IMG/VR virus record: IMGVR_UViG_3300032218_003260
From: a virus
Lineage: Duplodnaviria; Caudoviricetes
DNA length: 64,000 nt
Reading direction: 5' to 3' (one strand)
The position numbers and the translations under genes are program-made. The notes beneath the pieces are model-generated. The model was not told the origin of the DNA. It saw only the letters and a program-made list of their open reading frames with translations, and ran no database searches. Of this stretch, positions 1 through 8,307 are shown in pieces. Position 1 is the first letter of the stretch, and every line of letters begins with the position of its first letter.

Positions 1-51
1 ATAACCTGCTCAGCAATACTCTTTGTATAGCGGAGCAGGATTTTGTTGCAA

Positions 52-78
52 CCCCAAAATCAAAAACAGATTCTGGGG
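52..78 (-). terminator. Stem-loop downstream of the AAA-cassette operon (possible terminator)
   Basis: Minus strand CCCCAGAATC-TGTTTTT-GATTTTGGGG is a 10-bp stem with one G-U pair, about 20 nt past the stop of ORF 99..368; no long U tract. Confidence 0.35.
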
Positions 79-98
79 AATCTTGTCAAAATGCGTAA

Positions 99-368
99 TT
101 ATTCACGCACTACGTGAACGTTGTACCAGCGCATTTTATCGTTGAGCCACTTGGCCTCGGCGGCGAGTGCGTCTGCGCGCGACTCAAAGTTACGCAAAGA
201 CGGCCCGCCGACTGGCGATAAATCAGCAACCCACTCTCCCGGAATTGTCGGGTCAGGCTCAACGTGACTGGCACGTTTGATATCAAGCTCTCCCAGCGCT
301 TTTAGGTTGATCTCTTCGCCATAGAGACATTGCGCTGAGCCGTTGGGGCGAATGTATAGCTGCATCAT
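99..368 (-). CDS. Conserved small hypothetical protein (89 aa) of the type recalled next to DUF1257/DUF2997/AAA cassettes
   Basis: ORF with CLYGEEINL...RASHVEP...W.ADLSPVGGP.L..F..R..AL.AE..WL pattern; tightly coupled to the upstream gene. Confidence 0.7.
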   Translation of the reverse strand: MMQLYIRPNGSAQCLYGEEINLKALGELDIKRASHVEPDPTIPGEWVADLSPVGGPSLRNFESRADALAAEAKWLNDKMRWYNVHVVRE

Positions 369-369
369 G

Positions 370-1371
370 CTACATCGACATCAGACGTCGAGAGGGTATT
401 AGCTCGTTCATGTTAACCGCTCGCGGCAACTGCGCCACGGCTGCAGGCGTATACAGGTTTTGTCGTCGCCGCTCAGACCTTGACACGTTGTACACATTAA
501 ATTGCGTAATATTGTCAATGATTGCTCCCGCAAACAACGCGTCGTCGTGCACGTCTTCGCGTGGGTAGGTTTGCGACTGGCCATCATACGTGGGGCGGAA
601 AATGATATGACCGCCGGCTGCAACAGCATGGCCGCGAAACGCTAACAGGGCGTTGATTTGTTCGACGTTTGCAATGATGGCGTAGTCAACAACTTTTAAA
701 CGCGACCGTTCAAACGTCGGGTCGTTCTGCTCACGCGAGTAGATCGTGACTTGCATCAGTTTGCTGCCTACGACCTGCGCTTTCCCGGCAATAGTGACAA
801 AGCCGCGAAGCACAGAACTGCTGATTTGCGCCTCGCCGCCGACGTATGCCTGACCTTCGAGTGACGTTTGAATTGCAATCGCTTTTCCCGAAATACCGCA
901 GTTCCCGCGTAACGTGCAACTGATAACGCGGGCGCTGTCTCTGATAAACGCGTTTTCGTACGCAGTTGTCGAGCCAGAAACAATACCGCCGTATACGCGA
1001 GCTTCGTTTGAGAACTGACAGTCGTCCATTACTCGGGCCCGGCCGCTGACGCTCGCAAACTGGCTCAGTTTTACGTTTCCGCTGACGTGCGCGTACCCGC
1101 AGATCTGGGCCCGATTATGCACGCGTACGTTGCCCTCGACACGGGCGTTGTGATACACCTGCGCCAGCTTGTAAACAAAAACCGAATCGGCCACTTTTGC
1201 GGTATCTGCTACCCAGCCCTCGCCGTTAACGTGTCGATGTGCAAACACGCGGCCGTTACCGTCTTTGAAATCATGCTTTGATGCCCGCTTCTTTTTTGGT
1301 TTGACCGCGGTCATCACCGCTGCCGCCGCATCTAGCACGGCGACAGCGCTGTCTTTTTGTTCCTCCATCAC
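370..1371 (-). CDS. Hexapeptide-repeat left-handed beta-helix (LbH) protein
   Basis: HRHVNGEGWVADTAKV leader, then many 6-residue repeats (A.V.GNV.V..RAQI.G.A.VSG). Confidence 0.75.
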   Translation of the reverse strand: MMEEQKDSAVAVLDAAAAVMTAVKPKKKRASKHDFKDGNGRVFAHRHVNGEGWVADTAKVADSVFVYKLAQVYHNARVEGNVRVHNRAQICGYAHVSGNVKLSQFASVSGRARVMDDCQFSNEARVYGGIVSGSTTAYENAFIRDSARVISCTLRGNCGISGKAIAIQTSLEGQAYVGGEAQISSSVLRGFVTIAGKAQVVGSKLMQVTIYSREQNDPTFERSRLKVVDYAIIANVEQINALLAFRGHAVAAGGHIIFRPTYDGQSQTYPREDVHDDALFAGAIIDNITQFNVYNVSRSERRRQNLYTPAAVAQLPRAVNMNELIPSRRLMSM

Positions 1372-2315
1372 GACTCCATCGGAAGGACACGCCGTCTGGG
1401 CGCGTTTGTGATCAGACTGTCGAGCGCGGTTTTAACCTCGCCCATCTGCTGGGTCAGGTTCTGCCGCAAGTTGTTGTTCTTGCGCAGGTCCTTCACGTCG
1501 ACACCTGAAACAATGTCAGTAGCGCGCTGGATTAAAGTATCAAGCTGCGCATTTGAGCGAATATTCATTTGCCGGAAGTTGTCATAGAACTCTTTGAAGT
1601 TTTCGATCGCAGAGTTTTGAAATTTCTTTTTCGTACCGTCAGGCTCGTCGGTCAGCCGCTCGATCAGGTGCGCGATCATGTCCTGCAGCTGCTCGGCAAA
1701 CGCGTTTTCAGCCATGACTACCGCCGTCTCAAACCGGTGCTGGACGCGTTGCTGCTCCTGCTGGTACAGCTCGGGATTGAACGTCATGAGATAGTTCGGC
1801 GGATCAACCGGCGGGTACTCCCACCGAAGGTCAAACACGCCTTCCAGCGACGGCGGATAGTCGTTGGGGTTGTACAGCTCGCCCAGCTTTTCGCGGGCGG
1901 CAACCTTGAGAGTTTCGTACTCTAGCTGCAGGTTTGCGGCAGCCACTACCAGCTGTTCTTTGTATTCGCGCATCCTGTCTTCAAACGCGCCGATGTCGGC
2001 TTGTTTGATGAGGCGCACACCTTCCTGCGGATACGGTAGCGTCATAGAGCGCCAGTACGCCGACGCCTGACTCTTGAGCGTGGTTAGCACGCGATATGTT
2101 GTGTTCTTTGTATCGATAAGGCGCTTGGACGCTGTGACCAGATCGGTGGCGGCATGAAACGTATCAGCGGCTTGCTTGGTCTGCGCATCAGATAGCTTGC
2201 GCTGCGTCCCTAACCACGAGAACGACAGCTTGACGGCGCCCATCGTCTGGCGCAAGTCGCTAGCTGTCTGCTCGACTGTCGTGTTTTCTTCGGTCGTTGT
2301 GTCGGTTGTGGACAT
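1368..2315 (-). CDS. DUF3150-like helical protein
   Basis: 315-aa ORF with AAGGAG RBS; TLPYPQEGVRLI and coiled-coil pattern recalled from proteins next to Ycf46-like AAA ATPases. Confidence 0.55.
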   Translation of the reverse strand: MSTTDTTTEENTTVEQTASDLRQTMGAVKLSFSWLGTQRKLSDAQTKQAADTFHAATDLVTASKRLIDTKNTTYRVLTTLKSQASAYWRSMTLPYPQEGVRLIKQADIGAFEDRMREYKEQLVVAAANLQLEYETLKVAAREKLGELYNPNDYPPSLEGVFDLRWEYPPVDPPNYLMTFNPELYQQEQQRVQHRFETAVVMAENAFAEQLQDMIAHLIERLTDEPDGTKKKFQNSAIENFKEFYDNFRQMNIRSNAQLDTLIQRATDIVSGVDVKDLRKNNNLRQNLTQQMGEVKTALDSLITNAPRRRVLPMES

Positions 2316-2915
2316 TCAGTCTCCTTCTTCGTCTGTGTCAAGTTCTTCTTCAATTGTTTGCTCCACCCACTCGTCGATTGCAAACGCTTGTACAAGTCTC
2401 TTTGGTAATTTTTCTAGTTCGGCCAGATTGTCGGGTACGCTAAACTCTTGAATGTCACCATTGCGGTAAATGCCGCAAAAACCTACGCCCGGCTCAAAGC
2501 AATAGGCTGTGATATCAAAACCTGCAACAACGCGCAGGTGGTCAAAGAACTGAATTGGCGGTGACCAAGCTGAATCGAAAACGAGTGTGATGTGTTTGGA
2601 TTTTGACGGCACGCGCTTTGGCGTTTGATCTGTTTCGCGCCCTACGTCCCACTTTGTTCCCCAATGACCAACCTGCCACTCGTACCAGTTTTTTGCTCCG
2701 TACAGCTCAACGTTTTGGCGTTCTTGCGCTTCTAACGCCAATTGTGCGGCTGACCCATCTGAGCCAGCGCAACCAGCGACAGTCGCTTTCAATTCTTCTG
2801 GGCACGGCAGAAATGTGCTCATGAGACAACCACTGTTCCATGCGCGCACCAACTTGTGCAACTGCTCCGGGTCGTTGTGTTTAAACGTAACTTTGTTGGC
2901 GCACCAGTTAGGCAT
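2316..2915 (-). CDS. DUF1281 / YubB ferredoxin-like domain protein
   Basis: Begins MPNWC.N; contains NWYEW...WGTKWD, F.SAWSPP and EPG.GFCG motifs; start moved to the ATG at 2915. Confidence 0.75.
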   Translation of the reverse strand: MPNWCANKVTFKHNDPEQLHKLVRAWNSGCLMSTFLPCPEELKATVAGCAGSDGSAAQLALEAQERQNVELYGAKNWYEWQVGHWGTKWDVGRETDQTPKRVPSKSKHITLVFDSAWSPPIQFFDHLRVVAGFDITAYCFEPGVGFCGIYRNGDIQEFSVPDNLAELEKLPKRLVQAFAIDEWVEQTIEEELDTDEEGD

Positions 2916-2926
2916 TGCGTTGGCTT

Positions 2927-2973
2927 GCAATCCGCAGCTGCGGGGCAGTGATGCCCCGCAGCCGCAGTATTGC
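2927..2973 (-). other. Long intergenic hairpin (21 bp, one bulge)
   Basis: Minus GCAAT(A)CTGCGGCTGCGGGGCA-TCAC-TGCCCCGCAGCTGCGGATTGC; two G-U pairs favour a minus-strand RNA. Confidence 0.65.
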
Positions 2974-2979
2974 TAGCAC

Positions 2980-4464
2980 TTAGCCCTTGGCGGGCGCCGC
3001 GACACGGCGCGGTCGCTGCGTTGTAACAGCCGGCTTACCAACACGCGTGTAAATACCGCGGTTGTCAGCCGACAGGCAGCGACCTTCAGCCCAGCCGCGC
3101 AGCCGCTCAATCTGCTCAGCCGACGTCACGGAGATCGGTACCACGTTCTGCGCCGCTTCAACAAGCGGGATATCAAGCAGCGCCGCGAGACGGCAGCACG
3201 ACTTGATCTCGGCGCCCGTCCAGTTGGCGTCGTCCGGCTTTTCCTGCGACTCATCTACGCCGAAATGCTTCAGGTAGATATCCCAGATCGCCGCGCGCTG
3301 GTCAGCGCCGGGCAGATCCACGAAGAAGATACCGTCGAAGCGCTCGGCGCGGGCAAACGGCGCCGGCAGCTGGCTGGCGTCGTTGCAGGTACCGATGAAG
3401 AACACATCGGACGTGTGGTCGTTGAGCCACGTCAGCAGCGTGCCGAACAGGCGAGCTGAGACACCGGAATCGGTCTGACCAGAGCTTCCGACGCCGGCAA
3501 GACCCTTCTCGATCTCGTCGACGAACAGAACGCACGGGGCCATGGCGTCGACCTGCTTGAGCGCACGCCGCATGTTACCCTCGGACTCGCCCACGAACTT
3601 ACCCATGAGCGAACCGAAATCCAGCATTACGGTCGGACGACCGACCTCGTTGCCAAGTGCTTTGGCAAACTGCGACTTGCCGCAGCCCGGAGGCGACAGC
3701 AGTAGCACGCCCTTGGGGCGTTTTTCTACGTTGGTTTCGCCCTGACGCCGCATGGCGCGCAGGCAGAAACTCTTTAGGTTTTCGAGACCACCAAGGTTCT
3801 CGAAGTTTGCGTCACCGCGATACAGCGTCATCGTCCCGCTCTTTTCGAGCGTCTGGGCTTTGATACCCCAGATCGTATCAGGCGACAGCTTATTATTGCG
3901 CACCAGCGACAGCGCGAAGGCGTTCTCGGCCTCCTGCCGCGTCAGGCCACGTGAGGCGTCGACGACAGCAGCTACGTCCTGCTCGGCCGGCTTGGCGAAC
4001 GGAGAGCCGTCCGGGAACAGCTCGTTGCAGACCGTGGTCAGCTGCGGGAGATCCGGCAGCTCGTGATGCACTACCGTGAACAGCTTCTCAACCTCGGGTT
4101 GCAGCTGCAGCACCGGCGCCACGATAATGATATGTTTACCTTCGCCCTTACCCTGCACCACACGGTTAGCCAGAGCCTGCAGCACCTCGGGGTTACCAAG
4201 GAAGCGATGAAAATTCTTCAGAACGAGCAGCATCGGCTGCTTGGGCTGCGGCTGGTCGAGAAACCGCAACGCCTGAAGCGGGCCGGGAGCCGGAGCGGCA
4301 CCCGAATACAGCTGGCGGTCGATGTCCCACACATCAAAACCCCAGTCCTTTTCTTCAGTTACGCGGCGAATCGACGCAATCGCGTCATCGCACTCCTGTG
4401 ATTCAATCCAGATGCCGGAGAAGCCGGCGCAAACCAGCTCCTTAATTTCTTTTTCGAGCGACAC
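2980..4464 (-). CDS. AAA+ ATPase, Ycf46/SpoVK-like
   Basis: Walker A SPPGCGKS, Walker B LFVDEIEK, arginine-finger region ARAERFD, N-terminal degenerate AAA-like domain (LVLKNFHRFL). Confidence 0.9.
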   Translation of the reverse strand: MSLEKEIKELVCAGFSGIWIESQECDDAIASIRRVTEEKDWGFDVWDIDRQLYSGAAPAPGPLQALRFLDQPQPKQPMLLVLKNFHRFLGNPEVLQALANRVVQGKGEGKHIIIVAPVLQLQPEVEKLFTVVHHELPDLPQLTTVCNELFPDGSPFAKPAEQDVAAVVDASRGLTRQEAENAFALSLVRNNKLSPDTIWGIKAQTLEKSGTMTLYRGDANFENLGGLENLKSFCLRAMRRQGETNVEKRPKGVLLLSPPGCGKSQFAKALGNEVGRPTVMLDFGSLMGKFVGESEGNMRRALKQVDAMAPCVLFVDEIEKGLAGVGSSGQTDSGVSARLFGTLLTWLNDHTSDVFFIGTCNDASQLPAPFARAERFDGIFFVDLPGADQRAAIWDIYLKHFGVDESQEKPDDANWTGAEIKSCCRLAALLDIPLVEAAQNVVPISVTSAEQIERLRGWAEGRCLSADNRGIYTRVGKPAVTTQRPRRVAAPAKG

Positions 4465-4503
4465 GTGTGACCTTTGTTTTTGTTTTGTAAGAACTTGCTA
4501 TTG

Positions 4504-4695
4504 TCAGTTGCTTTCCGTAATCTGCTCGTCATTACTGGCAATGTAAAAATCGCCGGTAAGCTGCTCGTCCACCTTTGCGCCCAACGCCTGTTCCAGCGCT
4601 CGCGTCGCGTCCTGACAAGAGCTGCCGGTAAAACCGAAAGTTTCGATCTTGGTGCCGCCCTTCGGGTCGACAACGATATGAATGGTCTTCGACAT
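4504..4695 (-). CDS. DUF2997 family protein
   Basis: 63 aa; I.I.VDP.G...IET.GF.G.SC..AT..LE.ALG pattern; directly upstream of the AAA ATPase. Confidence 0.8.
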   Translation of the reverse strand: MSKTIHIVVDPKGGTKIETFGFTGSSCQDATRALEQALGAKVDEQLTGDFYIASNDEQITESN

Positions 4696-4697
4696 GT

Positions 4698-5063
4698 TTA
4701 GAAACCTCCCGTCAGGCTGAGTTTGACCGAACCGTCCGGCAGCATCTCCTCGAACACCGAGTAGCCGCCCTTCTGAGCTTCGTAGATCGCCTTTTCGACC
4801 GCGTACGCCTGCAGGAACCTGTCCAACTCTTCCTGCCTACCCCACGCGCCGTTGTAGTTATCGTACGCCGCGGCGCCGGTTTCCGTATTGAACACGGCCG
4901 GGTACTGCCAGCCCGGGAGCTTCACAGCCAGTCCATCGGCACTCTGGCCGGCGAACAGCACATGATGCCCGGCCTTTGGGGCCTCAAACCCGAGACGCTT
5001 GCAGGCCGCTTCAACCGCGGCAGCGTCTTTTACTTCCGTCTTGATCTGAACAATGTGAGACAT
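4698..5063 (-). CDS. DUF1257 (Ycf35-like) family protein
   Basis: MSHIV.IKTEV.D...V..AC..LG start; YDNYNG.WG, QAYAVEKA..EA...G and E..L.DGS.KL motifs. Confidence 0.8.
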   Translation of the reverse strand: MSHIVQIKTEVKDAAAVEAACKRLGFEAPKAGHHVLFAGQSADGLAVKLPGWQYPAVFNTETGAAAYDNYNGAWGRQEELDRFLQAYAVEKAIYEAQKGGYSVFEEMLPDGSVKLSLTGGF

Positions 5064-5087
5064 GCTTAGCCTCTTCTGTCCTTTGCT

Positions 5088-5387
5088 TTAAGGTAGTTCT
5101 TGAAGTGCACACACAACTGTGTTTTCAAATTGTTCCGGCGAGATGTAATCATTGCCGGCAAAATATTCCAATACAGCAACCGCAATTTTGCGATTGTAAA
5201 CGTATTTAAACTGTAGCGGACCGCGCGGCGTATCTAAGCGATATTCCGTGATATCGTGTAACGACACGACTTCTGGAATTGCGATAACGTCGCTGTATTT
5301 TTTTCGTAACTCATTAAGCTCGTCGAGCGCCGTCAGAATGCGTTCGCGATCTTCGTCAAAACAATCTTCATTGTCGTAGGGCGTCAT
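5088..5387 (-). CDS. Hypothetical protein (99 aa)
   Basis: ORF fills the gap; ATGA overlap with the upstream gene. Confidence 0.6.
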   Translation of the reverse strand: MTPYDNEDCFDEDRERILTALDELNELRKKYSDVIAIPEVVSLHDITEYRLDTPRGPLQFKYVYNRKIAVAVLEYFAGNDYISPEQFENTVVCALQELP

Positions 5388-5692
5388 CGGTACGCGATGA
5401 TCTCTGCTTTAGTCTCTATCCAAACATGCGCGCCGCACGAGAGTGGCGCGTCTGGGGAGTACACAACCTGCGATTCGCCGCGGACGTCGACGTGTTTTGC
5501 CGCGTACGTTTTGTTGCGCCACTTGATCGTCAGTGGCGGCACGCGCAGGTTTTGTTTTTTGTTATCGCGGATAATGTGCTGGTTAACGTGTATACGTTTA
5601 ATCGTCCCAGCGGGCATTGTCATTTCATCGGCGTCCCCCGGGAAACGCAGCGGAATACGGGGCTCCAACAGGCAGACGTCTTCTGTCGCCAT
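5384..5692 (-). CDS. Conserved phage hypothetical protein
   Basis: IHVNQH.IR.N......P.TIK...VVYSPD.PLSCGA.VWIET, a pattern recalled from aquatic phage proteins. Confidence 0.7.
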   Translation of the reverse strand: MATEDVCLLEPRIPLRFPGDADEMTMPAGTIKRIHVNQHIIRDNKKQNLRVPPLTIKWRNKTYAAKHVDVRGESQVVYSPDAPLSCGAHVWIETKAEIIAYR

Positions 5693-5704
5693 AGGTAAAG
5701 ATAT

Positions 5705-5753
5705 TTATCGCGCGTCGGCATGGTCGTCCGTGACCATCGCCGGGCGCGGATAA
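5705..5753 (-). promoter_or_regulatory. Hairpin with a CsrA-type ACGGAC hexaloop
   Basis: Minus ATGGTC-ACGGAC-GACCAT apex; UCACGGACGA at 5724-5733 fits (A/U)CANGGANG(U/A); 13 nt upstream of the ATG at 5692. Confidence 0.55.
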
Positions 5754-5760
5754 AAATAGC

Positions 5761-6612
5761 TTACGACGCAACTACCGAGCGCAACTTCTTGTGCTCAGCC
5801 AGAATGTTGCCGGCCATGTCGTAGCAACCGTCGCAAGCAGCCAGAAACGCCGTCGCAGCCTTGAGCTGATCCATCGGCAGCGTCGTCGAACCAGACGGCC
5901 CGCGCGCGACCGGCCGCTTCGGGGCGGCGCTCTTCGCCGGCTCTTCCTTCCGCTTGTGGCGCGCCGCGTCGCGGGTCCGCTCTTCGCCCGCAGCTACGGC
6001 CTCGCCGCGCTTTGCGGGAGCTACGCCTGCTTTCTTCAACAGCTGGCTCACTTGAGCCGGGCTGACTTCAACACGCTTCTTGGCGAGCGCCGCCACGATG
6101 TCAACACCGCGGAGCGAGTCACCAGACTCCTGCCGACGCTCGATCTCCTCGCGGATGTGATCGGCGCCGCTTTTCTTCTCGGCCATATCTTTCACCTTCC
6201 CTTTTCTGGTCTTGGTCGCATTGGGCGCCTCGACCGGGTCATCGTCTTCGTCGGCTTCCACAGTGGAGTCGACAGCTTCGTCCGAAACCTCGTCGCCGTC
6301 TTCCGGCTCATACTCGGTTTCGTCGTCTTCGTCGTCGGTCAGCTTCGCGGCCGTCGAGCGGACGTCTTCGCTGCCTTCGTCTTCGTAATCGGCTTCAGCG
6401 TATGCCGCTTCGTCGTCGACTGTGTCTTCTTCAAGCTCGGCGTCGACATTTGCGTCAACGTCTTCGTCGTCGTAATCTTCTGGTGTCGCGAACCGCATCC
6501 CTGTGGTTCCTTTCTCCTTCTTGTCTTTCTCTGCGGGTGCCTTGCTGGTTGCGCCCGGAAGTGGCTTTCCCCACAGATTTGCCGGACTCACAAACTCGTC
6601 AGCCTTGGCCAT
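5761..6612 (-). CDS. Acidic low-complexity protein with a C-terminal putative DNA-binding domain
   Basis: AGGAGAGG RBS before the ATG at 6612; D/E-rich N half; ADHIREEI...GVDIVAALAKKRVEVSPAQVSQLLKK and DQLKAA..F motifs. Confidence 0.7.
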   Translation of the reverse strand: MAKADEFVSPANLWGKPLPGATSKAPAEKDKKEKGTTGMRFATPEDYDDEDVDANVDAELEEDTVDDEAAYAEADYEDEGSEDVRSTAAKLTDDEDDETEYEPEDGDEVSDEAVDSTVEADEDDDPVEAPNATKTRKGKVKDMAEKKSGADHIREEIERRQESGDSLRGVDIVAALAKKRVEVSPAQVSQLLKKAGVAPAKRGEAVAAGEERTRDAARHKRKEEPAKSAAPKRPVARGPSGSTTLPMDQLKAATAFLAACDGCYDMAGNILAEHKKLRSVVAS

Positions 6613-6720
6613 AGTGTCCTCTCCTAAAGCGCCGCCGGCCGAAACATTTCGGCCTCGTTGTGCGGCTAAATGAAAAATACACCACCGGAAACAAAAATCA
6701 ACTATTGCAGAAAACAACCG

Positions 6721-7083
6721 TTATTTGCTGCTTCTGTAGTTGTCCGGCACGTTGCCATCTTTAGTGCGAAGTGCGCCGGCATTTAGCTCGGGCCACTTCT
6801 CTAGCGAGTGGATGGCGCCGATGACATTCCATGCAGCGTGACCAAGATGGTCTTCACTGCGGTCGCCGTTCAAGAAATTGTAGATGTGCGCAATCGCGTG
6901 GTTTAGCAGGTCAGAGACGGGCATGCCGTTTTCCCAGTTGTACGGGCCAAACTTTTCAGCCCCTTCGTGGTAAGTCTGCGCTAGCGCGCGTAGACCAATC
7001 GGCGAAATTAGATCGTAGCGCACGGCGTCGCAATCGGCGCTGCGTACGGCGCCAGTGTCGTACTCGTGGCGTTCGTTGCTCAT
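6721..7083 (-). CDS. dATP/dGTP diphosphohydrolase domain protein (DUF5664)
   Basis: TGAVR...RYDLI.P..L..LA.....GAEK.G..NW..G......HA..H......EDHL.HAAWN. Confidence 0.85.
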   Translation of the reverse strand: MSNERHEYDTGAVRSADCDAVRYDLISPIGLRALAQTYHEGAEKFGPYNWENGMPVSDLLNHAIAHIYNFLNGDRSEDHLGHAAWNVIGAIHSLEKWPELNAGALRTKDGNVPDNYRSSK

Positions 7084-7391
7084 CAGAGATAACCTTCTTG
7101 TCGGAAAGCAAAGTAGAGCCGCGGTTCGTCGTTGAACGCGACTGTGCCGCGAACGCCGTCAGATTTTCGAATCACGTGCACGTAAGGCGGCTCAAAGTGC
7201 GACACCTCAAATGTGTCTAGCAATTGCTCGCTGTTCCAGACCTGCTCGCCATACTGCTCTTGCAGCACGGTACGAATCTCATCTGATCCGCGGCGGTCAA
7301 GCTGCTCTTTGATAACATTACGCAACATCACGTGCCCGATATCGAGCGGTATCTGCGTTGCGAGTTCTTTAGCTTTGTGTGGTGTCGGCAT
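7083..7391 (-). CDS. Conserved hypothetical protein
   Basis: QVW..EQL...FEV..FEPPYV.V.RKSDGVRG...F...PR.YF.F motif; start moved to the ATG at 7391. Confidence 0.65.
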   Translation of the reverse strand: MPTPHKAKELATQIPLDIGHVMLRNVIKEQLDRRGSDEIRTVLQEQYGEQVWNSEQLLDTFEVSHFEPPYVHVIRKSDGVRGTVAFNDEPRLYFAFRQEGYL

Positions 7392-7767
7392 TTGGTTGTG
7401 CAAGCTTGTCCAGTTCTTCTTTTTGTTGTTTGATTTGCTCTGCGACATGCGCCGCATACTGGTCAAGCATTCTAAGCTGGCCGACAAGATCTTTGTGCAC
7501 GTCGACACTGAACAGCGAAAGCCGCCGCATGAGCATGAGCAAACTTGCGGTAAACGGTGGTTCTTTGCTGCGTAAGCTCAGCAGGCCGGGCGGAGCGTTT
7601 TCCGGCTGCGATGTCCACAGGGGAACAAGCGCAAGTCCGTGTAGTTCTGGAACAGCGGCCATTACTTCGTTACAAAACTCTTCGCCGCGTCGCATAAATT
7701 CGACGTCAAACGGTAAGCGGCCAGATTGAATTTCAGATTGCTGATCAGGTTGCTGCGGCGTATCCAT
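7369..7767 (-). CDS. Hypothetical protein (132 aa, C-terminal coiled coil)
   Basis: ORF with an AAAGGA element just upstream; fits the gene tiling. Confidence 0.6.
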   Translation of the reverse strand: MDTPQQPDQQSEIQSGRLPFDVEFMRRGEEFCNEVMAAVPELHGLALVPLWTSQPENAPPGLLSLRSKEPPFTASLLMLMRRLSLFSVDVHKDLVGQLRMLDQYAAHVAEQIKQQKEELDKLAQPNADTTQS

Positions 7768-7780
7768 TAAACATCCTTTG

Positions 7781-8128
7781 TTACTGCGCGTAGCGCGATT
7801 CTTTTGGTAGCATGCCGTCGATTACGTTACCGAGGCGTGTGGCTGCTAGGCTGTAGATCACTACTCGAACGGTAGTTTCGACCATACCGCCTATTCCTGT
7901 TCCTGCCAAGAGCAGCAAAAACAAATACAGTGGCGCGTGATATGACTTGCAAAACGGGCAGTTGATCAGCTCTAGCAGTTTGCCTTTTGCCGTGTTGTAG
8001 GGCGTCACATCTTGAAGCGCCTGCGCGTAAGCTCGCGCTGTTTCAAACAAAGAACCCTTGTGCCACACCTCGATGATCGCACCAGCTGCGAGGGTGACAG
8101 TCAAAAAATCTAAAGCGCTAATCGTCAT
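7781..8128 (-). CDS. DUF1360-like membrane protein with CPFC motif
   Basis: Hydrophobic helices flanking ELINCPFCKSYH; ATGA overlap with the upstream gene. Confidence 0.6.
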   Translation of the reverse strand: MTISALDFLTVTLAAGAIIEVWHKGSLFETARAYAQALQDVTPYNTAKGKLLELINCPFCKSYHAPLYLFLLLLAGTGIGGMVETTVRVVIYSLAATRLGNVIDGMLPKESRYAQ

Positions 8129-8307
8129 CTGCGTTTTCGTTTGTGGGTAGTGTCTGTGGCGCCGCGCATGAAGCACGCACCACTATAGATTGCTGCGCCA
8201 GCTACTACGAGACCGGCGACGCCAATTTGCGGTATTGCGCAAATTCCGGCAAGAAGCATAAGCGTTGCGTACCCGGCGAAGGTAGCTTGCGGGTCTGGTT
8301 GTGACAT
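8125..8307 (-). CDS. Small two-TM membrane protein with basic C-terminus (holin-like topology)
   Basis: 60 aa; two hydrophobic segments then HKRKRR; TAATG coupling to the upstream gene. Confidence 0.5.
   Translation of the reverse strand: MSQPDPQATFAGYATLMLLAGICAIPQIGVAGLVVAGAAIYSGACFMRGATDTTHKRKRR

Noticed and set aside
5791-6627. 278-aa plus-strand ORF
   Set aside because: Antisense to the acidic protein gene, which has the RBS and recognisable motifs.
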